64,000 nt of DNA. Source: an uncultured Spirochaetota bacterium. GTDB taxonomy: Bacteria; Spirochaetota; Spirochaetia; SZUA-6; Fen-1364. Under the pieces are notes generated by a model. That model saw only the letters and a program-made list of their open reading frames with translations, was not told the origin of the DNA and did no database searches. Below, piece by piece: positions 38,950 to 49,528 of this stretch. The DNA lies in contig CAVTHO010000004.1 of NCBI GenBank assembly GCA_963734545.1, forward strand, positions 448,001 to 512,000, given 5' to 3'. The position numbers were made by a program, and so were the translations under genes. Within the stretch, counting starts at the first letter, position 1. Every line of letters begins with the position of its first letter.

Positions 38950-40821
38950 TCAATCTCCTTGGTTCTTCCTGAGGATGCTGCTGAAACGGTCTTTCAGCTC
39001 TTCCACGATTCTGGTGAAGTCCGGCGGCTCCTGCCAGAGTTTTTCTCCACGGCCGGGCTCGGGGTGGGCCAGGGCGGCGCCGCACAGCACGTGCCTGCCC
39101 GCGGGATACTCGCCGAGCAGAGAGGGAATGAACGTGCGCTCATGCATGATGTTCGCATTCGGGTTTGCCACCACGACCCGGCCCTTTCTCGGCCGGCCGA
39201 TGTTGCGGAGGCCGCTGAAGCCCAGCGGCGTCTTCCACCAGGACTCGTCCTGCACCGGCTCCTGCAGCCGGCCCGGCAGGGGGTAGGAAGAGTCATCGTA
39301 GGGAAGCGCAAATCCGCCTTCCACCGTGGAGAACGCCGAGGCGGATATCACCTGGTGCAGCCTGACGGACCAGGCGCCGGCAAGCCCCAGGCACGTGGTG
39401 ATGAGCATCCCCGGGAACGGCTTCCAGGCGGAGCAGAGACATTCACCCGAGACGGCGTGATCGAAGGTTTCCATCCGATAGCGGTAAAAACGATCACCCA
39501 GGCTGATCAGGAGCATGTTGTCATGCCCGAGCTTGTCCACCCCGAAGGTGTCGGTGGCAACGTTGAAGCCGAAGTAGGCCGAGTACGCGAACTTGGCGTA
39601 CTTCTCCGCCAGATGGTTGTGCTCGTTCGATTCTCCCGGCGTCCACTGGCCGGCGCTCAGGGCGTACAGGTGGCCGGCCTCTGCCGTGTCTGACAGGACG
39701 AGCCCTGTCTGGGGCTGCACGTGCGTCTTGTCCTGCTTGTCGAGCGGCTCTTCCCTGGCGCTCCAGAACGGATGGTCCGGAGGCGCGGCCAGGGCGATGA
39801 AGGCCTTCAGCGCCCACAACGGCGAGTTGGGGGAGTTGTAGCGTTCCGCCATGTGCAGGTTTGGATATCGATACCCGATTGTCTGGAGACCGGTTTCCGA
39901 GAAGAAGGGCTGGCGGAACCACCAGCGAAGATGGCGCAGGTACACGCCCTTGATCCTGCCCCAGGGAACGGCCTCGCAGTCGGCAAAGGCCAGCGCGGCC
40001 CAGAAGGCCGCTTCCGCGTACCGGTAAGTAAGGCTCCTGCCGTATGGCAGCGCGGCGCCGTCTTCCGCGAACCAGTAGAGGTAGTCCGCGGCAAAAGCGG
40101 CTGCGCGCTCCCGATATGCCGCGCGCTGTTCCTCCGCGATGAGGTCCGGGTAGCAGGTGACGAGAATCAGGCTGTAGTAGTGAAATGCCCAGGGAATGTA
40201 GTAGTCCCTGGCACGCCGCGCCTCCGGGTAACCGTCGTTGTACCAGCCTCCATCGAGATAGTACTTCTCCACCACCTGCAGGGATTGGCGCAGCTGCGCC
40301 TCATCGTACTCCGGCGCTCCGATCTTCCGGAAAGCGCAGTTGACGAGGATGCGGAAAAAGATCCAGTTGCAGTCCGGTATCTTCTGCCGGTTGATGGAGG
40401 CCAGCCACCGGGCGAAGTTTCGCTTCACCGACGGGGACAATGGGTCCCAGATCAGCTCCGGAATCAGTCCGAGCGCGTACCCGAACACGGCCATCTCGAC
40501 AAGGAGCTGATCGTAGTCCCCCGGCCGGCCCCAGAACTCCGCGTGCTCCGGATCCGTGCCGTGGGACAGGCCGCGCAGGACCCCGTCCCAGCGCTCGTAG
40601 GAGTGCCCGCCGGCAGCCAGCGGCACCAGTCCCCAGAGCAGCCGGGCAAAGCCTTCGAGGAAGGTCGCGTTGCGGCTGAAGCTGGCCCCGGGAGGCCCCG
40701 GATCGATGCGGGCATCCCCCGGGCTGATCAATGGCTGGTAGGGTTTGACCAGGTCCAGCAGCGCGCGGGTGCAGTCCGCACGGTCGATCAAAGGATTGTC
40801 GTAGACCGGCCTGTAGATCAT
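38950..40821 (-). CDS. DUF2264 family protein (probable glycan-processing enzyme)
   Basis: LEGFARLLWG, DQLLVEMA, NWIFF, GWYNDG, YGRSLTYR and KYAKFAYS. Confidence 0.85.
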   Translation of the reverse strand: MIYRPVYDNPLIDRADCTRALLDLVKPYQPLISPGDARIDPGPPGASFSRNATFLEGFARLLWGLVPLAAGGHSYERWDGVLRGLSHGTDPEHAEFWGRPGDYDQLLVEMAVFGYALGLIPELIWDPLSPSVKRNFARWLASINRQKIPDCNWIFFRILVNCAFRKIGAPEYDEAQLRQSLQVVEKYYLDGGWYNDGYPEARRARDYYIPWAFHYYSLILVTCYPDLIAEEQRAAYRERAAAFAADYLYWFAEDGAALPYGRSLTYRYAEAAFWAALAFADCEAVPWGRIKGVYLRHLRWWFRQPFFSETGLQTIGYRYPNLHMAERYNSPNSPLWALKAFIALAAPPDHPFWSAREEPLDKQDKTHVQPQTGLVLSDTAEAGHLYALSAGQWTPGESNEHNHLAEKYAKFAYSAYFGFNVATDTFGVDKLGHDNMLLISLGDRFYRYRMETFDHAVSGECLCSAWKPFPGMLITTCLGLAGAWSVRLHQVISASAFSTVEGGFALPYDDSSYPLPGRLQEPVQDESWWKTPLGFSGLRNIGRPRKGRVVVANPNANIMHERTFIPSLLGEYPAGRHVLCGAALAHPEPGRGEKLWQEPPDFTRIVEELKDRFSSILRKNQGD

Positions 40822-40825
40822 GGGG

Positions 40826-41665
40826 CTATCCCTTGATGCCGCTGGCGACCACGCCGCTCACGATGTACTTCTGCGCAAAGACGTAGATGGCCAGGACCGG
40901 GATGATGGCGATCAGCGAGGCGGCCATCTGGGGCCCGTAATAGACGTCGTATTCCGTCGCGAAATCCGCCAGGCCAAGGGGCAGGGTTTTCAGCGTCTGG
41001 GCGGTCAGGTAGATCAGGGGCGTGAAGAGGTCATTCCACCAGTAGCGGAACGAGAGAATGCCCAGCGTGGCGATGACCGGCTTGGACAGCGGCAGCATGA
41101 TTTTCATGAAGATGTGAAAATGATTCACCCCCGAGATCTTCGCCGCCTCGATGTAGGAGTCCGGGATGGTCAGGAAGAACTGCCGCACCAGGAATGTGCC
41201 GAAAGCGGTGAATGAAGAGACCAGGATCAGGGCCAGGTGCGTGTCGTACAGCCCCATCAGGCGAATGATGATGAACTGCGGGATGATGTAGACCTGGAAG
41301 GGAATCATGATGGAGGAGATGTACAGCAGGAAAAGGAAGTCCCGGCCTTTCCATCTCAGCTTGCTGAACGCGTATCCCGCCGTGGTCGCCGTGACCACCT
41401 GGACCGCGGTGATGAGCAGGGTCACCTTCAGGGAATTGATGATGTACAGGGGAAACCTGCCCTGCAGGGCAGCGAAGTTCTTGAGCACGGGCAGCCGCGG
41501 GATGAAGGTCATCGGGTAGGTGAAGATTTCACTCTCGGTCTTGAAGGAGGAAGAGATGATGACCAGCAGCGGATACAGAACCACGAGGCAGGCGACCCCG
41601 AGAATCAGGTAGCTCAGGCTCCGCTCGATGGTCCGCCTGAGGGACGGGTGATCAGACAACGTCAT
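40826..41665 (-). CDS. Carbohydrate ABC transporter permease (CUT1)
   Basis: EAA motif EAAKISG, WNDLFTP and multiple TM segments. Confidence 0.92.
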   Translation of the reverse strand: MTLSDHPSLRRTIERSLSYLILGVACLVVLYPLLVIISSSFKTESEIFTYPMTFIPRLPVLKNFAALQGRFPLYIINSLKVTLLITAVQVVTATTAGYAFSKLRWKGRDFLFLLYISSIMIPFQVYIIPQFIIIRLMGLYDTHLALILVSSFTAFGTFLVRQFFLTIPDSYIEAAKISGVNHFHIFMKIMLPLSKPVIATLGILSFRYWWNDLFTPLIYLTAQTLKTLPLGLADFATEYDVYYGPQMAASLIAIIPVLAIYVFAQKYIVSGVVASGIKG

Positions 41666-42554
41666 AGCTCACCCACTTCATCTGCATGCGGTATTGAACG
41701 ACCGTCACCGCCAGGACCAGGAGGAAGAGCATGACCGACTCGGCGCCTCCGTAGCCTATCTGCCAGAAGAGAAACCCGTTCTTGTAGATGTCGAACGCCA
41801 GGACCGATGTGGCGCCCGCGGGCCCCCCGCCGTACTGCCCCCCGGTCATGATGTAGATGTGGTCGAACGCCTTGAAGGCATTGATGATGGCGATGATGAC
41901 GCTGAAGAAAATGACGGGCGTGAGACCGGGCAGCGTGACGTGGACAAGCGTGGCGAGCCCGGAAGCGCCGTCCATGTCGGCGGCCTCGTACAGGGTTTCG
42001 CTGATGGATTGAAGGCCGCTCAGGAAGATGATCATGTAGTAGCCGAAGGACTGCCAGACGAAGACCACGATGATGGTAAGGAGCGCGGTGGACTTTTCCG
42101 ACAGCCAGGGAACCGGCGGCAGGGACAGGGATTTCAGGAAGTTGTTGATCGGCCCCTGCGTGGGATGGAACATGATGAGGAAGGAAAGACAGACGGCGAT
42201 GCTGGACAGGACGACGGGCAGGAAGATGACGGAGCGGAAGAGGGTCCTTCCCTTGATGCGTTGATTCAACAGCAGCGCGAAAAAAAACCCGAACAGGAGC
42301 TGGAGCAGCACGGAGACGGCAACAAAGACGAATGTCACCGAGACGGACTGCCAGAACTTCTGGTCCGTCAGGATCAGCCGGTAGTTGTGCAGCCCGATCA
42401 GCCTGATGTTCCGAAACGAGCCGGAGTAATTGGTGAAGGAGATCAGGAAAGAGGAGACGATCGGCACGATCAGGAAGACGATGAATCCGACCAGGCTGGG
42501 CAGCACGAACAGCCAGGCGATCCTCGAATCGTCCATCAGGGAGTTCTTTTTCAA
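41652..42554 (-). CDS. Carbohydrate ABC transporter permease (CUT1)
   Basis: LYEAADMDGA and multiple TM segments. TTG start at 42554 after AGGAGAG (alternative ATG at 42536). Confidence 0.9.
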   Translation of the reverse strand: MKKNSLMDDSRIAWLFVLPSLVGFIVFLIVPIVSSFLISFTNYSGSFRNIRLIGLHNYRLILTDQKFWQSVSVTFVFVAVSVLLQLLFGFFFALLLNQRIKGRTLFRSVIFLPVVLSSIAVCLSFLIMFHPTQGPINNFLKSLSLPPVPWLSEKSTALLTIIVVFVWQSFGYYMIIFLSGLQSISETLYEAADMDGASGLATLVHVTLPGLTPVIFFSVIIAIINAFKAFDHIYIMTGGQYGGGPAGATSVLAFDIYKNGFLFWQIGYGGAESVMLFLLVLAVTVVQYRMQMKWVSYDVV

Positions 42555-42571
42555 GCGCTGGTTCTCTCCTG

Positions 42572-42600
42572 GGAAAGGGAGGGCCCGGCCCTCCCCTTCC
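42572..42600 (-). other. Intercistronic stem-loop after the solute-binding protein gene
   Basis: GGAAAGGGAGGGCC / GGCCCTCCCCTTCC inverted repeat, typical of mRNA-stabilising hairpins in ABC operons. Confidence 0.6.
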
Positions 42601-42610
42601 TCGGCCGCTG

Positions 42611-43909
42611 CTACTGGATCTGCTCCGCCACTTTCTGCAGGCGCTGTTCCAGCACTCCCTGCAGATCCTGGTCGCTCATCGGGGCGGCCAGGTATTCCTC
42701 CATGATACCGGCAAGCTCGCTTTCCACCTTGGAGCCGTACTTGTTGTAGAACTGCGTGTTGACCTTCCGCGGCTCGGAGAAGTACATGAGCGCGTTCTGA
42801 TCCGGCAGGATGGACGCGAACTCTTTCTTGACGTCCTCCGTGATGTACGCCGGCAGCAGGCCTGCCTTGGCCACGATCCGGGCGCCTTCCGGCCCGCCCA
42901 TCCAGGCAATGAACTTGAACATGGGGTCTTTCTGCTTGGAGTTGGCGTGCACGTGACTGAAAGTCGCATTGCCGAACGTGCGATACGTGGATTCGTCGCA
43001 GGGCATGCGGGTCAGGGACCAGTCGTTCCAGGTGAAGCCCTGCAGGAGGTTCTCGTCCCTCCCTTTGATCATGAAGCCCGGGAACCATTCCCCGATGACC
43101 AGCATGCCGACCTGCCCGGCATAGAACGGCTTGGAATAGTGGGTCTTGGTGATCTTGGTCTCGGTCAATGGCATGATGAGCTGGTCTTTTTCAAGGGTCT
43201 TGCGGTACTTGTAGCTGTTGATGAGGCTCTGGTTGATGTCCACCTTCCCGTCCGCATTGATGAACTGCATGCCATTCTGCAGGGCGGGCATGACATTGTT
43301 GGAACCCCAGGTGTAGAGGAACCCGCCGTACACGTCGGGCACCTTTGCCTTGATCTGACGGGCCACTTCGATGAACTTGGGCCAGGTCCATTGTCCGCTC
43401 TTCACGTAGGTCTCCGGGGTCGGCACACCGGCCTTCTCGAATATCTTCTTGTTGTAATAGGTGAAATAGGAGGCGCCGCGGAACGGAATGGCGACGATTT
43501 CCTTCCCGATGCTGACGCCGCTGACGTAGCCGGCAATGGCATTCAGATCGAAATTGTACTTCTTGCAGAGCTCCGTGAGCGGAGCAATATAGCCGTTGGC
43601 ATAGTGTGAGAAATAATCCGTGGAGCGCTTCTGCATGTACCCGTCCATCGCCGCCCCGCCGGCGAGCAGCGTGGAGATCTTCGCTTCATACTCGCCCGAA
43701 GGGATGAACTTCGCGTCCACGAACACTTCTTTCTGGGACGCGTTGTAGGCGTCGATGATCGGCGGATACGCCGGATCGTCCCAGAGATAGAAAACGACGC
43801 TCGTGGGACCGGCCGCAGCCTTGGGTTCGCCGGCGCCGCCCGCGAAGACCAGGACGCCGCTGAGCGCCAGCATGACCAGGACGCACAATGAGACTCTGGA
43901 TTTCTTCAT
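42611..43909 (-). CDS. Sugar ABC transporter solute-binding protein (SBP family 1)
   Basis: Spirochaete-style signal peptide …VLVFAGGAGE, plus YYNKKIFEKAG and WTW motifs. Confidence 0.9.
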   Translation of the reverse strand: MKKSRVSLCVLVMLALSGVLVFAGGAGEPKAAAGPTSVVFYLWDDPAYPPIIDAYNASQKEVFVDAKFIPSGEYEAKISTLLAGGAAMDGYMQKRSTDYFSHYANGYIAPLTELCKKYNFDLNAIAGYVSGVSIGKEIVAIPFRGASYFTYYNKKIFEKAGVPTPETYVKSGQWTWPKFIEVARQIKAKVPDVYGGFLYTWGSNNVMPALQNGMQFINADGKVDINQSLINSYKYRKTLEKDQLIMPLTETKITKTHYSKPFYAGQVGMLVIGEWFPGFMIKGRDENLLQGFTWNDWSLTRMPCDESTYRTFGNATFSHVHANSKQKDPMFKFIAWMGGPEGARIVAKAGLLPAYITEDVKKEFASILPDQNALMYFSEPRKVNTQFYNKYGSKVESELAGIMEEYLAAPMSDQDLQGVLEQRLQKVAEQIQ

Positions 43910-44007
43910 GACCTACCTCCGTCGCGTGGATTATAGGAGGCGCTGAAAAACGCTGTCAATTTTGAATACTGAAGGAAACTTCGATTTTGATAACAAAGGC
44001 CCGGATT

Positions 44008-46201
44008 TCAGCGGCTGCCGAGCTGTTGCAGCCGGTATTGATTGGGCGTGAGGCCGGTATTCTTCTTGAAGAGGGTAAAGAAGTAGCTGTAATTGCCGAA
44101 CCCGGCTGTCTGATAGATTTTTTTCACCGGCAGCCGCGTATGCGCGAGCTGATCTTCGCAATACTTCAGCCGGAGCTCGTTGATGGTCTCGGAAAGGGAG
44201 CCCCCGAACGTGTTCTTGTAGACGAAACGGACGTAATATGCCGTGACGCCCATGACATCGGCGATACTGTCCGTGCACAGCGTGACGTCCTGGAAGTGCT
44301 GCGCGATATAGTCCTGGGTCCTGCGGGCCAGCTCTTCCAGCCGGCGGCCCTGCTTCTTCTGGCAGATTTCCGCGATCGTCGAATAGGTTTCCATCAGCCG
44401 GCCCTTCAGGTCCTCCAGCGTCTCCGACGACCTGACCATCTGGAGGAGTCCCCTCAGCGTGACAGCGGATCCTTTCAGGCTGCGGTCCAGCTTCTCCAGC
44501 TGCTTCGAGGTCTGATACACGATGGACTGCACCATGAAGCTGTAGTCCTCGGAGCCGTGTGCCTTCACGCCGGCGAGGAGCTCTTCCACGATCTGTTCCA
44601 CCCGGGTCATCCTGCCCAGGGCCAGCTCCTGGAAGAGCACCTGGATGCGCTCTTCCGGAAACACGTACTCGCCCTCGCTCTCCTGGTCGATATCCCGCGC
44701 CTGGATTATCGAGTTGCCGCCGAACCGGAAACGGAGCTGTGTCGCGGCCAGGCAGGCGTTGTACATCTCGTGAAGAGAATCACGACGGGGAAAGACGTCA
44801 CTCAGCCCGATGGTGAATGTGACAGCGTGCTCCTTCATGAGGATCTGCTGGACGCCGCGCAGGGCGGCTTCCAGTTCGGCCACGGTACTCCGTGGCATTT
44901 GGTCTGCCGGGGAGTGCCCCTGCGCGATGAGGCACACGTGGTCCCGCTGCACCTGCAACACGGTGCTCGGCACCGGGCAGGAGACGCGAGAGGTGCTCTT
45001 TCAACGCAAGGAAGAACCGGGAGATGTCATCTGATTGCAGCTTCTCGACGAGCCGCTCGTAGTTGTCCAGCCGCAGGACCGCGACCAGGAACGGACCCTC
45101 CTTCAGCTCCTCTTCCAGGTACTCCCGGTAGCTCTCCGGTGATTCGGGGTCCAGCTCGCCCAGGACCAGCCCGCGGATCACCTCCTGCTTCACCAGCACC
45201 TGGCTTTTTTCCAGCCGCGAGATCGGCGAATAGATTTTCCACGAGCCGATGTAGGACAGGCAGACGGAGAGAAGCATGAGCAGGACGAACACCACGGCCG
45301 CGACGATCAGGAAGTCCGTCAGGTTGCGGAAGATTTCCTCGTAGCCGATCGTGTTGATGAAGCGCCAGCCCCAGGCCGGGTGGGTCGTATAGGAGACCAG
45401 GTAGCGCCTGCCCTCGAACGAATCGGTGAAGACTCCCTCATCCTTCCCGGCGGGCAGCCTGTCGTAGACGGTCCCGAACCGGCTCGGATCCGGATGCGCC
45501 AGCACCCTTCCGTCCCGGTCCACGATGATCAGCCGGCTGGTGGAGCCGGGCGGGGCGGGAAAGAAATTGTCGATGATCTTCTTCACGCTGATATTGACGA
45601 TCAGCGCCCCCTGCATGGACGGGCCCGCATCCGGCATGTCTCCCACCACGATGGAGAGGACGTCGAGCGTATCCTCGGTGGCGGAGTCCGGCCGCCAGAC
45701 GCTGTCGCGTATGCGGTACGTCATCTTTCGGGGGATGTAGCGATACACGCCGTAGCGGCGGATATCCTGCAGCATCCCGGGAAGAGTGTAGTCGCTGCAC
45801 GAGAGCCCTTCGTAACCGTTGACCGTGGAAAAAAACTGCCGGCTCTGGCTGTTGTAGACATAGATGGAATCCACCAGGTAGTAGGCGGAGAGCACGTCCA
45901 GGAGCCGGTCGATCCCGGCCGAGATCTCGGTTCGCTTCAGCGTGCGGGAGTTGATCAGGGTGCTGATTGCCGGCTCGCTCCTGATCTGCCGGAAGGAAGG
46001 GATGAGCCATTCGTGCAGGGCGTTGAATATGGACTCGGTCTGGGCCAGCAGGCTCATTGACTGGTTGTGGATTTCCCTGGTCACGATGTTCCTGAAGGAA
46101 AAATACAGGATGCAGAGGGTCAGCAGGAGAATTCCCAGCGAAAGGAAGATTCCATAGCTGAATATCCTGATGAATGTGCTTTTTGCCGGGCCGGAACGCA
46201 T
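44008..46201 (-). CDS. Membrane-anchored AraC regulator with an extracytoplasmic Cache-like domain (frameshifted near 44950-45030)
   Basis: TM, Cache (IVDRDGRVLAHPD) and TM in ORF 44798-46201. AraC HTH (GFGNYSYFFTLFKKNTGLTPNQYR) in ORF 44008-44973. Confidence 0.82.
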
Positions 46202-46298
46202 GGGGTGGCCCGTATTCTAACACGGGCGCCGCATAATCATCAATTTGGGTGTCACAACCGCTGATTCGGCGCGTCTAATGTTATAATAGGGGGAAAAT

Positions 46299-47075
46299 AT
46301 GAAAGTCATGGAAACGGCTGTCGACAGGATCATGGAAATGGCGCGGGCCGGGGATGTTCCTGTGGTCGGCACCGGGCCGTGCGTGGGCATGGAGGACGAA
46401 CCGCCGGGATACCGTCCATCGGACCTCCTGCCCGGCGCGCAAAGCATGATCTGCTTCGGGATCCCCGCGCCTCACGGCGTCTATCAGGCCACTCCCCGCA
46501 CGGCGGAGATGGTATGGCGGTCCCAAAGCCTGCTGTACCGTCGACTGGACACGCTCTCCCTGGCATTTGCACAGGTCATGGAAGAATTGGGCGCCCGCGC
46601 CGTGCCCGTATTCGGCTGCAGTCCCATGGCCGTCGATGCCCGGGGCCGTGTGGTCGGTTACGTGAATCAGCTTCGCATGGGCGCGCTGACCGGGATCGGG
46701 ACCATCGGGCGCAACGGCCTCCTGCTTCATCGGCGGTACGGCGCGCGGCTCATGCTCGGGGCAGTGCTGACGACGCTCGACCTGCCCGAAGCAAGAATCC
46801 CCGATGAAGAACAACCGGATTGCCCTCCGAACTGCCGGATCTGCATCGATGCCTGTCCCGTGCGGGCGATCCTGGGCAGAACGAGACGGGTGAACATCAT
46901 GCGCTGCCTGGCCTGTACCGCCCGGACACCCTTCATGTCCAGGCTGCAGTTCGCATTCCTCTCCAAGGTCCGGCCCACGGCCGCCGCGCGCCTTTTGAAC
47001 CTTCGCGCCTTCGACGAACACACGATGCACGTCTGTTCGCGCTGCGTCGTCGACTGCCCCTATGGAGAGGAATAG
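46299..47075 (+). CDS. QueG/reductive-dehalogenase-like 4Fe-4S protein
   Basis: PSDLLPGAQSMI, GIGTIGRNGLL…YGARLMLGAVLT, CPPNCRICIDACP and CSRCVVDCPYG. Confidence 0.8.
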   Translation: MKVMETAVDRIMEMARAGDVPVVGTGPCVGMEDEPPGYRPSDLLPGAQSMICFGIPAPHGVYQATPRTAEMVWRSQSLLYRRLDTLSLAFAQVMEELGARAVPVFGCSPMAVDARGRVVGYVNQLRMGALTGIGTIGRNGLLLHRRYGARLMLGAVLTTLDLPEARIPDEEQPDCPPNCRICIDACPVRAILGRTRRVNIMRCLACTARTPFMSRLQFAFLSKVRPTAAARLLNLRAFDEHTMHVCSRCVVDCPYGEE

Positions 47076-47076
47076 A

Positions 47077-47961
47077 ATGGAGGACATGTTCCGGGCGGCC
47101 TACACGGGAGACCGGGATGACGGCACACTGGTGGCCGGTGCCCAGTGCGGAGACAAGGCCGCGCTCGAGGCACTGATCGGCAGGCACCAGGAGTGGATCT
47201 ACAACATCGCCCTGCGCATGGTGGGCAATCCCGACGACGCGGCTGATGTCACGCAGGAAATACTCGTCAAGCTCATGACCCGGCTCTCGAGTTTCGAGAA
47301 ACGGAGCAGCTTCAGGACCTGGGTGTATCGCATCGTGGTGAACCATGTGCTGACCATGCGGCGGCGCGTGTGGGAACGGCTGTTCTACTCTTTCGAGCGT
47401 CACGGCGCTCTCATCGAGAGCCTTCAAGATGCCGGCGCGGGATACGCGCCGCCCGACCCGGCAGAGGAGAAGCTGCTGCGGGACGAGACCAGGACCGGCT
47501 GCCTGACAGCGATGCTGTTATGCCTGGACAGGAGCGAGCGCATTGCGCTCATCCTGGGAACCCTCTTCGGAGTGAGCTCGACGCTGGGCGGGGACCTGAT
47601 GGAAATCACCCCGGAGAACTACCGGCAGATCGTCTCGCGTGCCAGGAAGCGGCTCGCCAATTTCATGAATGAAAAATGCGGCCTGATGAACGAAGCAAAC
47701 ACCTGCCGCTGCGCAAAGACGATCCCGGCCGCGGCAAAGGCGGGGTTGGTGAACCCGAAGAGGCTGAGATTCGACCTTCCCTGGCTTCACCGTGTCCAGG
47801 ACCTGGTTGCGGAGAAGGCGCCGCTCGTCGATGCCGCGCTGGAGATGAGGCTGCAGAACCTCCTTCGCGAACAGCCCCTGTACACGGCCCCGGACTTCAA
47901 ACGGCTGATCGGCGTCATCCTTCGACGCAGAGACGTGGAAGAGATCATCAATTTCAATTAG
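47077..47961 (+). CDS. ECF sigma factor with a Cys-containing C-terminal extension
   Basis: Region 2 AADVTQEIL…SSFRTWVYRIVVN, region 4 VSRARKRL, and extension CGLMNEANTCRC. Confidence 0.88.
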   Translation: MEDMFRAAYTGDRDDGTLVAGAQCGDKAALEALIGRHQEWIYNIALRMVGNPDDAADVTQEILVKLMTRLSSFEKRSSFRTWVYRIVVNHVLTMRRRVWERLFYSFERHGALIESLQDAGAGYAPPDPAEEKLLRDETRTGCLTAMLLCLDRSERIALILGTLFGVSSTLGGDLMEITPENYRQIVSRARKRLANFMNEKCGLMNEANTCRCAKTIPAAAKAGLVNPKRLRFDLPWLHRVQDLVAEKAPLVDAALEMRLQNLLREQPLYTAPDFKRLIGVILRRRDVEEIINFN

Positions 47962-47973
47962 GAGGCGGCTCCC

Positions 47974-48456
47974 GTGCGTGGAATAATGCTCATCGTTCTC
48001 GCATCTGCACTTCTGGTCCTGGGCTGCGCTTCGAACATGACACCCTCGGAGGCAGGCAGCGCGGACGCGGCGCGCAAGGTGCTCATTGCCGGAGACAGCA
48101 GCGCGTTCAAGCAGCAGGTCGTGGCCAGGCTCATCGACGACCTCGGGACCGGCGATTGGTATTTCCGGATCGTCGGCCTGGACCGCTTGGAGGAGCAGGA
48201 GACGGGGCAATTCGGGGCAGTCCTCCTGGTTGCCGCTTTCAAGGCAGGGCATCTGGACAAACGGGTGACCCGCTACCTGGGCAAAGATCCCTCGAATCCG
48301 AAGGTAGTCGTGTTCTTCACCCGCGGAACGGATGACCCGATGCCGGAGCGGGCAAGGCCCGACATCAAGGTTGACGCGGTCAGCTCCGCTTCCCGCGCTG
48401 ACCGGGTGGAAAGCCGGGCAGCGGAGCTGGCCGCTCTCATCAGGCAGAGATTCTGA
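47974..48456 (+). CDS. Lipoprotein with a flavodoxin-like pattern
   Basis: Lipobox VLGC, KVLIAGDSSAFK…VDAVSSAS and a GGAGG RBS. Confidence 0.7.
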   Translation: MRGIMLIVLASALLVLGCASNMTPSEAGSADAARKVLIAGDSSAFKQQVVARLIDDLGTGDWYFRIVGLDRLEEQETGQFGAVLLVAAFKAGHLDKRVTRYLGKDPSNPKVVVFFTRGTDDPMPERARPDIKVDAVSSASRADRVESRAAELAALIRQRF

Positions 48457-49510
48457 AGTCTCCCCGGTATTCGCGCACGGCATTCACCATGGCCAGGTAG
48501 CCTGCCGCGGGCACGTAGTCGGGAATCGAGTTTCCCGAGCCGACTGCCAGACCTTCCTGGGCCGCGCACGCGTGGAGAACCTCCAGCGTGTAGCGCCTGA
48601 TCTCCGACTCGGGCAGCGTGCAGAGCGCGTTCATGTCCACACCGCCGAAAAGGCCGATCCCTTTTCCGTAGCGCTCCACCCACACCGGGAAAGGAGCGAT
48701 CTGGTCCTCGTTGGAATGCTTGGCGTCAATGCGCGCGCCTCCGATGATGTCTTCCATGACGTCGAAGATGTTCCCGCAGCAATGCAGGAGGAACGGCGCG
48801 CCGGCGGCGTGCACAAGGTCGACGACGCGGCGATACTGGGGGATGACGAGCGCGCGGATGTCCTGCGGAACGAGCAGCGTGGAAGACTTGAAGCCGAGAT
48901 CGTCTCCGAAACGGCACACGGCGAACAGGTCACCGAACTCGGCAAGAAACCGGCGCCAGATGGAGACCATGAGGTCCCCGACCGCCTGAAACAGATCGGC
49001 GTACAACGGAGGGTCGTCCACCCGAAGCATGCAGAGCGCGGCATAACCGGTGAAATCCTGCACGATCTCGAATACCCCGTTGCCGATGCCCCCGATCCCC
49101 TTCATCCCTGACGGCATGACCTCCCGCAGAGCGCGAAAATCGTCCAGGAACAGCTTCCAGAACGCGCGCTCGACCGTGGAGAAGTCGAAGGCATCGAAAT
49201 CAGCGCGGTCGCGGATGATGCCGGGCACGTGGCCGGAGAGGGCCTCACCGCGCTGGACCACTTCCGTGATGCAGGCCTCGAAGGTAACCGTGTCATACCC
49301 GGTATCCCGAAAGAAATCGCAGTAGCGCGTGAAGTACTCGACCTTGTCACGGTAGGCGCCTCCCTGCAGCGCGGCGAACTCCCTTCCCGTTATCTCCTCC
49401 ATCTTCGAGACGGCGATATTGTGCTCGTAGATCGGCAGGCGCGCCGGCCGCTGATTGCGCGCGGCGGCAAGGACATGATGGAAATCAGGTGAGAAGCCCG
49501 GCCGCGGCAT
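48440..49510 (-). CDS. Uroporphyrinogen decarboxylase (URO-D/CIMS-like) family protein
   Basis: FGDDLGFK, LLHCCGN, GLFGGVD and GSGNSIPDYVP. Confidence 0.85.
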   Translation of the reverse strand: MPRPGFSPDFHHVLAAARNQRPARLPIYEHNIAVSKMEEITGREFAALQGGAYRDKVEYFTRYCDFFRDTGYDTVTFEACITEVVQRGEALSGHVPGIIRDRADFDAFDFSTVERAFWKLFLDDFRALREVMPSGMKGIGGIGNGVFEIVQDFTGYAALCMLRVDDPPLYADLFQAVGDLMVSIWRRFLAEFGDLFAVCRFGDDLGFKSSTLLVPQDIRALVIPQYRRVVDLVHAAGAPFLLHCCGNIFDVMEDIIGGARIDAKHSNEDQIAPFPVWVERYGKGIGLFGGVDMNALCTLPESEIRRYTLEVLHACAAQEGLAVGSGNSIPDYVPAAGYLAMVNAVREYRGDFRISA

Positions 49511-49528
49511 TCGTCATTCTCCCTCCCG

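Noticed and set aside
46299-47075. Respiratory reductive dehalogenase
   Set aside because: It is too short, has no Tat signal and has no RdhB anchor gene. Only the shared QueG-like core is present.
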